A DNA stretch of 64,000 bases from Desulfatiglandales bacterium (GCA_963666345.1 OY762721.1:3936001-4000000); one strand, 5' to 3'. Shown: positions 10,632-22,035, numbered from the stretch's first letter. The notes: generated by a model from the sequence alone, not told the origin. Translations and numbers: made by a program.

Positions 10632-10761
10632 TTAAACGCCTTTCCTGTCCAAACCTCGTATCAGTGTGAAGCCTCGGGTTGAGTCCTTCAGCCTGAACGA
10701 TCCTAGGGACACGAATCCTGCAGGTACTCAGGCTGTCGGTTTCGGCCTATAGTCGTTGACA

Positions 10762-11985
10762 TCATTTCTTTTTGAAAAAAGAGAACTTGCCTCCGGATGA
10801 CCTTGCGGAATCCTTCCCATCATCCAGATCTGAATCGAATCGTTCCAGAAAAACCTGAAGCCCCTGCGTATGCTTTTTCTTTTCAGGGGTTTCCCTGTGA
10901 TAATGGTCGGCGGCAGACACTATCTGATTTATTTCCCTGATGGTGCCTTTGGTTATCTGTTTTCCGAGCATACTGTTTTCCTTGCCTAAAAGACTGTCAA
11001 AGAGACTTATGAAACCGTCTTGAAGGATTTCGCTTCCATCCTCTATCTTCTCATGACATTGCAGGGCTTCAAGCAATGATCTGCGATTTTCTTCATGTTC
11101 GCTCTGCAGATGCATGTCTTTGAAAAAGGAGTTCTGATCCGATAGGAGGTCTTCTTTGCACTGTTCAAAAAAACTATGTGTCCTGTCTCCCAGTTCTTTT
11201 TGAAGGGCCATTTGGATGACTTCGACAATTTCAAGATATAGATCTATTATTTCAGGAAATATTTCTTCTATATCCTCTCCTTTTTTCGCTTTTTCGATTA
11301 GGCCGGAGGAGAACAGTGAATAAAGATTCTTGAAAACTTCGAATTCATCCTGCCTGCTTTTCTCAATGAGATGTCTTACAGAGCTATTGCCGTCTATTAG
11401 GGAGAGGACGTTCCATTCCTCGTTATTCAGTTTTACTTCATCTCTATCCCGTGACTTGTCGGATATCTTGAAAACAATGTCATCACTCGGGATAAGTTCC
11501 GTAATAAGCGACCACTCATCGATTCGTCTGGATGCCTCGAGAAGTATTTCCATCGTATTTATTACGGTTAAGAGCTTGCCCTCTACATTGAGATTTACAT
11601 CCTTGTACTCGAACTGGCCCGAATTCCATAAAAACAGGGTATAAAGGATCTCTTTCACCTGGTAATGAAGGAGTTCTCTAAGATCCTCCTTGGAGCAGAA
11701 ACCATTTTTTATGAGTACTCCTCCAAGTTTCCGCTTCTGCTCCTTTGCCTCTTTCAGACACCCCATCAGATCCTCGTGGGAGATAATCTTTCTGGACAGC
11801 ATGAGGTTTCCCAGCTGCATATTGGTCTGGGTGCTTGTGGCCGATACTATGATGCCGTCCTTCATGAATATCTTTACGCTGTTTTCATTGTTGTTTACCT
11901 GGAGGACACCTGTCTTTTGATCATCAGAGAGCAGCTGTAAAAGGCTGGTGAGATTAAATGTTTCCAGATTACCTTGAAGGGACAT
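10762..11985 (-). CDS. DUF4388 (PatA-N-like) domain protein
   Basis: MSLQGNLETFNLTSLLQLL..KTGVLQV, LFLWNSGQFEY, LLEASRRIDEW; start placed at 11985 after RBS GAGG. Confidence 0.85.
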   Translation of the reverse strand: MSLQGNLETFNLTSLLQLLSDDQKTGVLQVNNNENSVKIFMKDGIIVSATSTQTNMQLGNLMLSRKIISHEDLMGCLKEAKEQKRKLGGVLIKNGFCSKEDLRELLHYQVKEILYTLFLWNSGQFEYKDVNLNVEGKLLTVINTMEILLEASRRIDEWSLITELIPSDDIVFKISDKSRDRDEVKLNNEEWNVLSLIDGNSSVRHLIEKSRQDEFEVFKNLYSLFSSGLIEKAKKGEDIEEIFPEIIDLYLEIVEVIQMALQKELGDRTHSFFEQCKEDLLSDQNSFFKDMHLQSEHEENRRSLLEALQCHEKIEDGSEILQDGFISLFDSLLGKENSMLGKQITKGTIREINQIVSAADHYHRETPEKKKHTQGLQVFLERFDSDLDDGKDSARSSGGKFSFFKKK

Positions 11986-12651
11986 ATCAGTAATTAACCT
12001 CTTTTCGACCCCGTGTCCGATTCGGTGCGGCCTTTCCTGTCCATGGCACCACACGTTTCGTGTGAAAAGGATGTGCCTTTGCTGCCGGGCAATGTTTGGT
12101 TTTCTGATGGGCACTAATTACCAAATCTATAGGATTGTCAAGAAACTTGTCAACTGTTTTGGAACGGCTTGATCCTGAAAACCCCGGCCCTTATGGCTGT
12201 TCTCCGATCATAAGAAATTGTCGGTAAATATTACTCATGGTAAATCGATAAAAGAAATAATCCGGAATCGGCCCTCTAATTCAGGCGGATGATACGCCGC
12301 CGGTCGTAAGTGATCGAAGGCAATCCCGTTGGGGCGGGACGGGTGGTGCCTTAATGGTGGATCAAGAGGCTCAGGAAGACAGATTATACTGGCAAAAAAA
12401 AACATGGTAGGATAAAATTGATATATTTGTGAAAATCAGAGTCATAGAATAAAAAGGCACCTAGTTGAGCTTGGTATTCGGTAATGAATGTTTGCGGTTG
12501 GCAATGGAATATCCTTCCCCGGACAGCCACGGGAAATTAATCGGGATGCTTTGGCTGCCCCGGTGTACTTTATCATTTCCCGCCTCCGGCGGATCATGAT
12601 GTTGAATGAGACTTGAAGACAATGGCTGGCAGAGGGGTTGCATCCCTTCTA

Positions 12652-12660
12652 TGGTATAAT
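12652..12660 (+). promoter_or_regulatory. Extended -10 promoter of the mglB operon
   Basis: TGgTATAAT 36 bp upstream of ATG 12697. Confidence 0.5.
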
Positions 12661-12696
12661 TGACTTGAAAATGAGCTTTTCTGAGGAAATATCCAA

Positions 12697-13089
12697 ATGG
12701 AATTAGCCCTTGGTCAGGAGGAATTGGACAAGATAGAAGATATCTTGACTGAAGACCTAATTAAGATCGGCGTAAGATGTGTGCTGGTGATAGACATGGC
12801 CGGCAACATGGTCTCAAACTGCGACAACGGAAAATGCGGGTATGACATTTACTCTCTGGCGGCCCTTTCGGCAGCCAATTTCGGAGCCGTGGACGCCATG
12901 GCAAAGATATTGGGAGAGGACAAGTTTTCCCTGCTTTTTCACGAGGGGGAAAATGAAAGCATCCACTCGAGCCGGGTAGGAGATGGTTTTCTCCTTTTGG
13001 CCATATTCGGAAAGGATGTTTCTCTTGGTTTTTTGCGACTAAGGATAAAAAAGGCCGCAGGGAGACTGAAAGAGGTATTCAATAGATAA
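12697..13089 (+). CDS. mglB: MglB-like roadblock/LC7 protein (GAP candidate)
   Basis: VLVIDMAG, SLAALSAANFGA, LFHEGENESIH, SLGFLRL; directly upstream of mglA. Confidence 0.85.
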   Translation: MELALGQEELDKIEDILTEDLIKIGVRCVLVIDMAGNMVSNCDNGKCGYDIYSLAALSAANFGAVDAMAKILGEDKFSLLFHEGENESIHSSRVGDGFLLLAIFGKDVSLGFLRLRIKKAAGRLKEVFNR

Positions 13090-13153
13090 TTATAACCGGG
13101 TGCCTGCCGGAATCCGTTGATAATGACCCGAAAAATATCATGAGGGAGCAATC

Positions 13154-13759
13154 TTGGCTTTTATCAATCTGAAAAAGAAGGAGCTTCAGGTAAAGATCGT
13201 ATATTACGGCCCGGGAAGGGGCGGTAAGACAACCAACCTTGAATATATAAACAAAAAATTCAAGGAGCGTATAAAATCTGAAATGGTCAGCATTAAGACC
13301 CATGGTGACAGGACCCTGTTTTTTGACTTCCTTCCATTTGAGATCGGGAAAATTAAGGGATTCGACGTTAAAATCCAGATGTACACTGTTCCCGGCCAGG
13401 TAAAGTACAATGCCACAAGAAAACTGGTGCTTCAGGGTGTGGACGGGGTTGTTTTTGTGGCCGATTCCATGCAGGTACAGAGAAAGAAAAATCTGATTTC
13501 CCTGAAAAACCTTCAGGAAAATCTCGCAGAATACCACAAGAGTATATTCAAAATTCCCCTGGTGTTGCAGTACAACAAACAGGACCTGCGGAAAATGGAT
13601 ATCCCCCTGATGTCTCTTGAGACAATGGATAAAGATATGAACAGTCGCCTTAAGGTTCCTTCCTTTCCTGCCAGCGCCATAACCGGGGAAAATGTGGTTG
13701 CAACCCTGAAAAAGATTATTTCGTTAACCGTCAGTTCCCTGCAAAAGGAACTTCATTGA
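13154..13759 (+). CDS. mglA: MglA small Ras-like GTPase
   Basis: KIVYYGPGRGGKTTNL, DRTLFFDF, YTVPGQV, YNKQD; TTG start after RBS GAGGGAG. Confidence 0.93.
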   Translation: MAFINLKKKELQVKIVYYGPGRGGKTTNLEYINKKFKERIKSEMVSIKTHGDRTLFFDFLPFEIGKIKGFDVKIQMYTVPGQVKYNATRKLVLQGVDGVVFVADSMQVQRKKNLISLKNLQENLAEYHKSIFKIPLVLQYNKQDLRKMDIPLMSLETMDKDMNSRLKVPSFPASAITGENVVATLKKIISLTVSSLQKELH

Positions 13760-13765
13760 GGAGGG

Positions 13766-14452
13766 GTGCAAGTGAACTCAGAAAAAGATGAGAGCATCGT
13801 AACCGAGGTGGACGGAAGGCTTAACAGCCTGTTTGCGGATGAGGACAGCGAAGAGGTGGGGGCCGCGCCGATAGAAGGGTTAAAGGCGGCTGTACTGGCC
13901 ATTGACTGGGAGATAACCGAAGGTGCCATGGCCAGGTTCGGGGAAGAAATTGAGGCTGTGTCGGAGGAGCTGAAAGATGACATGATGCTTCTTACCTTCC
14001 TTAAGTTACTTAAATCTCTAGGTAAATATCTAAATATCAAAAAAGGGGATGCCCATCCTGATTCCGTAAAACTGCTGCACTCGGTATATGCCGATTTTGA
14101 AAGGATTACAGGTTCGCCGGAAATGGGTGAAAAGGATATTCAGCAGATTCTCTCAAAAGATATAAACAGGTTCAAGGAGCTGAAGGAGCAGGTATCATAT
14201 GCGGGAAATTCTGCCGCCCGGAAGGAATCGGAAAAGGACGTCGAATCCAGGCAGGGTACTGAAGAGGTCCTTGAGGAAGAACCTGCACCTGTGCCCGTTT
14301 ATGAGCAGGATGGCAGGAGGGAAGTTGAAGAAAGGGACCTGAGACAGGCGCATGAGGCCTTTGCTTATGCCCTCGATGAATTGAAAGAGGTTATAAAGAG
14401 CGAATTCAGGGCCTTGAGAGCGGAGATAAGACTCTGGAGAGATGGAAAATAG
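13766..14452 (+). CDS. Acidic helical hypothetical protein in the mgl operon
   Basis: 228-aa ORF 6 bp after mglA, RBS GAGGAGGG; VLAIDWEIT segment. Confidence 0.75.
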   Translation: MQVNSEKDESIVTEVDGRLNSLFADEDSEEVGAAPIEGLKAAVLAIDWEITEGAMARFGEEIEAVSEELKDDMMLLTFLKLLKSLGKYLNIKKGDAHPDSVKLLHSVYADFERITGSPEMGEKDIQQILSKDINRFKELKEQVSYAGNSAARKESEKDVESRQGTEEVLEEEPAPVPVYEQDGRREVEERDLRQAHEAFAYALDELKEVIKSEFRALRAEIRLWRDGK

Positions 14453-14464
14453 GGGGGCGTCCAG

Positions 14465-14641
14465 ATGATAGTATTTTGCGAGGAATGCGGGGAAAAATAT
14501 GTGATTGCCCCGGAAAAGATCAAAAAGGATGCTGTCAGTTTCAGGTGCCGGGTGTGCGACGAGTTGATCATCGTAAGGAGACCGGCCGATAGTTCCGAGT
14601 CCGATCCGGACGATAAAAGCAGCAGACAGGACAAGCCTTGA
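14465..14641 (+). CDS. 58-aa MJ0042-type zinc-ribbon protein (not in ORF track)
   Basis: MIVFCEECGEKYVIAPEKIKKDAVSFRCRVCDELIIVRRP...; CxxC...CxxC; G-rich RBS. Confidence 0.8.
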   Translation: MIVFCEECGEKYVIAPEKIKKDAVSFRCRVCDELIIVRRPADSSESDPDDKSSRQDKP

Positions 14642-14847
14642 CCCGCCTGGAATTATCCGGTTTCCATCCCTGAACGGCTATCTTTCCAATTCCACATCAA
14701 TCTGCGGGATCACTTGTGAATCGTCCTATAGTTCGCCTTTGTTCCCGATATGCTGCGGCAAAGCGCTATGAGCAGGCTTTTTACGGAGCTGTCCTGTTTC
14801 ATTTATGAATGCCAGACAATAAAGCCTGAACACAGGGAAGAAGGACC

Positions 14848-15807
14848 TTGAAGAAATCAGCCAGCTTAAATACCGGCATGATCCGCAAGGTGGTTAAGAA
14901 GCTGCCTGCCTGGAGCGTGATCATTGCCAGGTGGCTCTTAGCGGACAGCCCGACTGCCGCGGCAATCGATATAACGAATCGCTGCAACCTAAGATGCACT
15001 CATTGCTACTGGTGGAGGCAGGAGCATCCCCAGGAGATGGACGACGTTCAAATTATCTCATTTATGAAGTCGTTGAGGAAGAAGGGATTCAGGGCGGCCA
15101 TACTGTACGGCGGTGAACCTGCTCTGCGACCGGAGGTGTGCATAAGGGCCGGAACGATATTCGATACCCTGCTTGCCTTCACAAACGGCACAAAAGGCTT
15201 TCCGGAACTTGAAAACGGTCAGTGGGTACTTTCCCTTGAGGGCACCAGGGAGGTCAATGATCGTATCAGGGGAAAAGGGGTGTTTGACACTGCGGTAGAA
15301 AATCTGAAAAAGGCGAAAAGACCGCCTATCGTTCATATGACTGTCTCGGCAATGAACAGCGGATGTATAGAAGAATTCGCCTATGAAATGATGAGTCTTC
15401 CGGTAAAGGGGGTGGGCTTTTCCTTTTATACTCCCAACCGGTCTTCATCGGGCCCGGATCTTTTAATCCCCCTTGAGCAGCGAAACCTGATAATAAGAAG
15501 GCTTGTCCGTTTAAGAAAGAGGTTCGGTGAAAAGATCGCATTTACCGGTGCAATGGCGAGACAATTTTCCACACGGGGCGATTTTTCGAAATGGAACGGT
15601 TTTTCGGCATGCCCTGTATCCAGCATAGTTAGATGTTTCAGGTCTGATGGGAGCGTAAAATTATGCACCTATGGTGACGACGCGGATTGCGCCCGTTGCG
15701 GTTGCGCTGCTGTTGCGGCATATCGAGGGGCCTTTAAACCTTTTGATTATATGACATTCAGGGTAATACTCGGTCTGATGATACCTGAGGCGAATGTAAA
15801 AGACTGA
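14848..15807 (+). CDS. Radical SAM protein with C-terminal Cys cluster
   Basis: CNLRCTHC motif, GGEP, C-terminal CTYGDDADCARCGC; true start may be ATG 14878. Confidence 0.85.
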   Translation: MKKSASLNTGMIRKVVKKLPAWSVIIARWLLADSPTAAAIDITNRCNLRCTHCYWWRQEHPQEMDDVQIISFMKSLRKKGFRAAILYGGEPALRPEVCIRAGTIFDTLLAFTNGTKGFPELENGQWVLSLEGTREVNDRIRGKGVFDTAVENLKKAKRPPIVHMTVSAMNSGCIEEFAYEMMSLPVKGVGFSFYTPNRSSSGPDLLIPLEQRNLIIRRLVRLRKRFGEKIAFTGAMARQFSTRGDFSKWNGFSACPVSSIVRCFRSDGSVKLCTYGDDADCARCGCAAVAAYRGAFKPFDYMTFRVILGLMIPEANVKD

Positions 15808-16070
15808 GCGCCTGAGGACGATTCATCATGCTTCATGGGAGGATTTTATGCGCGATTTTTTTAGAGCAGCCCCCTTGACATTTCCAATGCCGACCTTAAT
15901 TTTTTGCTGTTAAGATCAAATATGGCACGTAAAAGTTGTATGACGATTGATCTGTTATTAACAGGTGTTAATTTGCCTCTGTGAATTTCCGGGGACCTTT
16001 TCGGTTTTTGATGTTACCCGGTATTTATAAAAAAGCTCTACAAAAAAAATATCAGGAGGAGATAGAAAAA

Positions 16071-16358
16071 ATGAAAGTAAAACCATTGCATGACAGAGTA
16101 ATAGTCAAGAGGGTTGATGAAGAGGAAAAGACGAAGGGTGGGATTATCATACCTGATACCGCCAAAGAAAAACCCGTTGAAGGGGAAATAATAGCTGTTG
16201 GTGATGGTAAGGTCGCGGATGATGGTAAGAAAATTGCACTCGAAGTAAAGGCCGGAGACAAGGTGCTTTTCGGAAAATATGCCGGTACCGAGATCAAGAT
16301 TGAGGGCGAAGAATACCTTATTATGAGGGAAGACGATATAATTGCCATCATTGAGTAA
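16071..16358 (+). CDS. groES: Co-chaperonin GroES
   Basis: [14 protein letters not shown]...[22 protein letters not shown]; start placed at 16071. Confidence 0.98.
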   Translation: MKVKPLHDRVIVKRVDEEEKTKGGIIIPDTAKEKPVEGEIIAVGDGKVADDGKKIALEVKAGDKVLFGKYAGTEIKIEGEEYLIMREDDIIAIIE

Positions 16359-16393
16359 CGTTCATCCTATTCCAATCAGTTTGAAAATATTAG

Positions 16394-18061
<1,668 letters not shown>

Positions 18062-18120
18062 GTCAAATCTCCTTTAACATAGAGCAGGAAAGATATCTTT
18101 CCTGCCGGAAACAATAGAAA

Positions 18121-18166
18121 AAGATCGCATCGGGAATATACGGTATTCCGGTGCGATCTTTTTTTT
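18121..18166 (+). terminator. Rho-independent terminator of groESL (probably bidirectional)
   Basis: AAGATCGCATCGGGAATA-loop-TATTCCGGTGCGATCTT followed by a T run, preceded by an A run. Confidence 0.85.
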
Positions 18167-18383
18167 GAGCCCGGATGAGTAGATGAAAACCCTGTCCTCC
18201 GGATGATAAGGATTCACCGGCCGGCATTTAATCCGAGACATTCAAGACTTATTGAACCTTTGTTGTTGAAAGGATATTCGAAGATATAGAGACAAGTCAC
18301 GGAAAGTAGACCATGCAAAAACTTGAAGGATGTCAAATAAGATTTTGCCGCCAGGCAGGATGATATTCAAGGAAGAACTCTAT

Positions 18384-18902
18384 TCAGAAAAGCCTCAACT
18401 GTCCGCCTTTCGTTTGATCTACCGCCCGGATTCTTATCCAGGCCATTATAAGTTCGACAATGAATGATATCTGCCTATCGGACAGGTTGCGGCCCTTTTT
18501 TATTCCATGCCATTTCTCAAGACAGCTCCTGCAGCAGGTCGCCGTGGCGTGTTGCGCCTTGAAGACTGGATGTCCCTTCATGGGAGTCTGTTTGCGGTCA
18601 TTCAGGGGAAAAGAGGCGGACAATCCATCTGTTATAAATCTCCGGGCGTGTGCGTTTATGCAAGACAGGCCTCTGTTGTTTACGTATGCGCATTCCTCCG
18701 GGGTCAGACTGAACCGGGATCTGAAATCAGATCTTTTGAGACGGTCAAGCGCGCTTTTGACTTCGGGTGGAACTCCGTTTTGAGGGAGGCTGTAGACATG
18801 CGATTCTTTCAGTAAAAAAAAAGACGTCATAAGCGACTTCGAGATGGAGATTCTTACTGAAACTGCAGTAACGAAAAAATGTGGTCTCACTATGTCTGAC
18901 AA
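18384..18902 (-). CDS. DUF4186 family protein (true start probably further downstream)
   Basis: FRSRFSL, KQTPMKGHPVFKAQHATATCCRSCLEKWHGI. Confidence 0.85.
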   Translation of the reverse strand: MSDIVRPHFFVTAVSVRISISKSLMTSFFLLKESHVYSLPQNGVPPEVKSALDRLKRSDFRSRFSLTPEECAYVNNRGLSCINAHARRFITDGLSASFPLNDRKQTPMKGHPVFKAQHATATCCRSCLEKWHGIKKGRNLSDRQISFIVELIMAWIRIRAVDQTKGGQLRLF

Positions 18903-18927
18903 GCTGTTTTATACGTGTGGGCGTGAT

Positions 18928-19218
18928 TCAGGACCTGTCTTTATTCAGCTTGTCTTTTAAGACTGAAGAGCATTTGAACGTTACGACGTTTCTTGCAGCG
19001 AGTGTAAGCTCTTCGCCTGTTGCCGGATTTCTACCCCTGCGATTTCTCTTGCCTTTCACGCAGAACTTTCCAAATCCGCTTATCAAAAGATCATCCCGGC
19101 TTTCAAGGGTGGCCTTGATCAATTCCAGAAGTGATTCCAGAACGCCGGAGGCATCGTCTCTTGACAGGTCGTTTTTTGTAAACAAGGAATCTGTAAGTGT
19201 CTCTTTAGTCACGGTCAT
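18928..19218 (-). CDS. ihfA: Integration host factor alpha-like / HU family protein
   Basis: LLISGFGKFCVK, RRGRNPATGE, RNVVTFKCS. Confidence 0.85.
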   Translation of the reverse strand: MTVTKETLTDSLFTKNDLSRDDASGVLESLLELIKATLESRDDLLISGFGKFCVKGKRNRRGRNPATGEELTLAARNVVTFKCSSVLKDKLNKDRS

Positions 19219-19266
19219 GAACTATTTCTCCTGTAAAAATCTGTTATCAGCCTCAGGTTTTTTTGT

Positions 19267-19581
19267 TTACTTCTCGATCTTGATATGCGCATCTTGCGGC
19301 AGTGCAAGACCCGCCTCAACCTCTATCGTCTTCAATATCCCCGATCCGACGATACAGGAAGGATGTGGGCTGTGTTTACTCATGATCTCGTATACCTTCG
19401 TTGAGGCCGCCCTTTTGAATATCTCCTCCATCGGATCAATTTCGGTAAGCTCTTCAGCCACCTTTTTTATGTTCGGACATGCGCTGGTAATCTTGAGATT
19501 TATTTTTCCTGTCTCTGCTTTTTCAGCCTTGACCACAGTAACAAAACCGCATACCCCCCCCTTGATTTCACCTCGAGTCAT
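19267..19581 (-). CDS. Conserved small anaerobe protein with Cys/His residues (DUF6951-like)
   Basis: GVCGFVT, SACPNI, HPSCIV, EVEAGLALP. Confidence 0.7.
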   Translation of the reverse strand: MTRGEIKGGVCGFVTVVKAEKAETGKINLKITSACPNIKKVAEELTEIDPMEEIFKRAASTKVYEIMSKHSPHPSCIVGSGILKTIEVEAGLALPQDAHIKIEK

Positions 19582-19679
19582 TTTCCGTCCTTTCACATCC
19601 GCCCCGTAGAAGCACCCGGCCTTTTCGTGGATAATGGATCATTGATATTCTGATTCAGATTCCAAAATATTATGAAGGA

Positions 19680-19708
19680 ACGCTATTTTCTTCTCCTTTA
19701 TTTGTCAA
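19680..19708 (-). promoter_or_regulatory. sigma70-like promoter for the DUF6951-ihf unit
   Basis: Minus strand TTGACA, 17 bp, TAGCGT. Confidence 0.5.
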
Positions 19709-19764
19709 GTATTTATAGCTGTTGGGGCATGATATGCCGTCAAGAAGGCTCCCGCGGCGTATAA

Positions 19765-19890
19765 ATCCTGCGCCTTACTCGTGGTTCCCGGGCTCCACCG
19801 GCTCCTCGAACGGGTCCCCGTTTCTCGGCCTAGCCCCTGTTGGGCTTGTTCGATGCCACGGCTCGACAGGCTCGGAGCGGGTTCGGGGAT
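19765..19890. ncRNA. Candidate structured RNA, class unassigned
   Basis: GC-rich island in an AT-rich intergenic region; 12-bp stem 19806-19817/19842-19853 with G-U pairs, plus outer and inner stems. Confidence 0.4.
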
Positions 19891-19974
19891 AAATTTCTAC
19901 CGTACCGTCTGAATCTTGATTTTTTATGAATGGATCCAGGTTGAGTTTATCGCATGTAGACGGTGTATCCTGGG

Positions 19975-20026
19975 TTGACATGCGGGCGTTACCATGTAAT
20001 ATTTAGAAGTATTACTTAATATTACT
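19975..20026 (+). promoter_or_regulatory. Promoter with overlapping palindromic operator
   Basis: TTGACA 19975-19980, TAATAT 19997-20002; inverted repeat GTAATATTT-AG-AAGTATTAC 19996-20015; TATTACT at 20010 and 20020. Confidence 0.65.
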
Positions 20027-20046
20027 GTGCCGGAGGACTGCACCAT

Positions 20047-20307
20047 ATGAAAAAGAAGCTGGAAATAATCACATTCAAGGTGGACGAAGATCTGGGAAAG
20101 ATGATCAAGGATCTTCCCAACAGATCTCAATTTATCCGCACCGCCATAGTGAACGCCCTGGGAAGCACCTGTCCTCTCTGCAATGGAACAGGCATCCTGT
20201 CTCCTAATCAGAAGCGTCACTGGGATGATTTTTCTACAGATCACCCTTTTGAAAATTGTGTGTACTGCAATGAGCCGGTACTGGTATGCGCCAATGTCAA
20301 GGGCTGA
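20047..20307 (+). CDS. CopG/ribbon-helix-helix protein with C-terminal Cys/His metal-binding domain
   Basis: IITFKVDEDL...NRSQFIRTAI (RHH), CPLC, two His, CVYC. Confidence 0.8.
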   Translation: MKKKLEIITFKVDEDLGKMIKDLPNRSQFIRTAIVNALGSTCPLCNGTGILSPNQKRHWDDFSTDHPFENCVYCNEPVLVCANVKG

Positions 20308-20398
20308 CGTCAATCAAATCAAGGGGTCTGATGAATTTCCGGATGAAAACCGGATTGGATTAGAACCAGGATCAGAAAGATAATAAAGGGATATGTAA

Positions 20399-21256
20399 AT
20401 GAAAAAACCGTTTCTGTGGGTGCTCCTTTTCTGTTGGATAAGTGCCCTGTTCAGTCCCTGTTGCCAGGCAGGTGAAGGTGAAAGGATAAAGGCCTTTGTG
20501 AGCATCCTGCCGCAGGCCTGCTTTGTTGAGCGTATAGGAGGCGATCATGTCGATGTGGAGGTTATGGTAGGGCCTGGCAGATCACCCGCCACCTATGAAC
20601 CGACGCCGAAGCAGCTCTCACGGCTTGCAGGTGCGCAGATCTATTTCAGAATAGGTACGCCCTTCGAAGAAGGCTTCATAAAGAAGATCCGCAATACACA
20701 CAAGGACCTCATTATTGTTGACATGAGAAAGGGAATCGAACTGAGGTATTTCAATGATCGGAAAGGGGGGCAAAGACCTGATCCTCACATATGGCTTGAT
20801 CCCAAAAGGGTAAAGAGGCAGGCGGAAACGATATGCAGTGCCCTTTCACGATTAAACCCCGGCTGGTCCGCCGGGTTCGAGAGAAATTTCAAGGTTTTTC
20901 AGGATGACCTTGACGTCCTTGACGCCGGGATAACGAAAAATCTTGCCCCGTTTAGAGGGCGGAGCATATTTGTATTTCACCCGGCCTTCGGATATTTTGC
21001 CGAATCCTATGGCCTGGTACAGGTGGCTGTGGAGATGGAAGGAAAGCAGCCGGGTGCGAAACAGATTGCAAGGCTGATTGAAAGGGCACGAAAAGGAGGT
21101 GTAAAGGTGATCTTTGTGCAGCCCCAGTTCTCCGAAAGGGATGCCGGAACCATAGCTGAGGCTATCGGAGGGGCGGTTATAAAGATGGATCCTCTTCCAA
21201 GGGATTATATCGGCGGTCTGGCGACAATGGCCGAGAGCATCAGGGAGAATCTCTAA
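20399..21256 (+). CDS. znuA: Zn/Mn ABC transporter substrate-binding protein
   Basis: SPATYEPTP, DPHIWLDP, FVFHPAFGYFA; signal peptide. Confidence 0.88.
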   Translation: MKKPFLWVLLFCWISALFSPCCQAGEGERIKAFVSILPQACFVERIGGDHVDVEVMVGPGRSPATYEPTPKQLSRLAGAQIYFRIGTPFEEGFIKKIRNTHKDLIIVDMRKGIELRYFNDRKGGQRPDPHIWLDPKRVKRQAETICSALSRLNPGWSAGFERNFKVFQDDLDVLDAGITKNLAPFRGRSIFVFHPAFGYFAESYGLVQVAVEMEGKQPGAKQIARLIERARKGGVKVIFVQPQFSERDAGTIAEAIGGAVIKMDPLPRDYIGGLATMAESIRENL

Positions 21257-22035
21257 TGGCAACGGAAATCGGAAAAAGGCCTGTTATCAACCTGGCCGAT
21301 GTGTCGTTTTCATATAACGGCCACACGGTTTTAAGGGATGTCAACATGAGTGTCTATGAAAAGGACTTCCTCTCCGTGGTGGGTCCGAACGCAGGAGGCA
21401 AGACCACACTCCTGAAATTGATTCTGGGGTTGTTAAAACCGACCAGGGGCAGGGTAACGGTCTTTGGAGAGCAGCCGTCAAGGGTGCGTCGCCGGATAGG
21501 TTATATGCCTCAACAGGCGTCTCTTGATCCGCTTTTCCCTGTCTCGGTCAGGGATGTCGTTTTGATGGGGCGGATGGGTAGCGGCATGGGGCTGGGGCCT
21601 TTCAGGAGAAAGGACAAGGCGGCGGCAGACGGTGCGCTCAAAAAGGTGGGATTAAGCGAAGTGAAGAACCGATCCTTCTCAGATCTTTCAGGTGGCCAGA
21701 GGCAGCGCGTCCTAATTGCAAGGGCTCTCGCCTCGGAACCGGAACTGCTTCTGCTGGATGAGCCTACCTCAAATGTCGATTCAGTGATGGAAACGGCATT
21801 TTTTGAGATCCTCAAGGAGTTAAACGACAGCATCACGCTGCTGCTGGTTACTCATGATCTCGGCTTTGTATCATGCTATGTCAAGAGCGTTGCATGCGTA
21901 AATATGAGGGTAATCGTTCATCCCACAAGTGAGATCTCCGGTGAGATGATAAATGAAATCTACGGGGCTGACATGAGGATGGTGAGACATGATCACCGAT
22001 GCTCGGAGGAGGGGCATGAATGGTTGAATTCCTGA
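21256..22035 (+). CDS. znuC: Metal ABC transporter ATPase
   Basis: GPNAGGKTT, LSGGQRQR, LLDEP, C-terminal His/Cys tail. Confidence 0.88.
   Translation: MATEIGKRPVINLADVSFSYNGHTVLRDVNMSVYEKDFLSVVGPNAGGKTTLLKLILGLLKPTRGRVTVFGEQPSRVRRRIGYMPQQASLDPLFPVSVRDVVLMGRMGSGMGLGPFRRKDKAAADGALKKVGLSEVKNRSFSDLSGGQRQRVLIARALASEPELLLLDEPTSNVDSVMETAFFEILKELNDSITLLLVTHDLGFVSCYVKSVACVNMRVIVHPTSEISGEMINEIYGADMRMVRHDHRCSEEGHEWLNS

Noticed and set aside
15923..15940. sigma54 promoter or CIRCE upstream of groES (TGGCACG...TTGTA)
   Set aside because: Wrong -24/-12 spacing, no GC at -12, and no CIRCE inverted repeat.
18881..19609. Long antisense or alternate-frame ORFs (e.g. 18881..19609, 25600..26268, 25847..26662, 31594..32394, 42095..42751, 56678..57370)
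   Set aside because: They overlap well-supported genes, lack RBS and motifs, and look like shadow frames.
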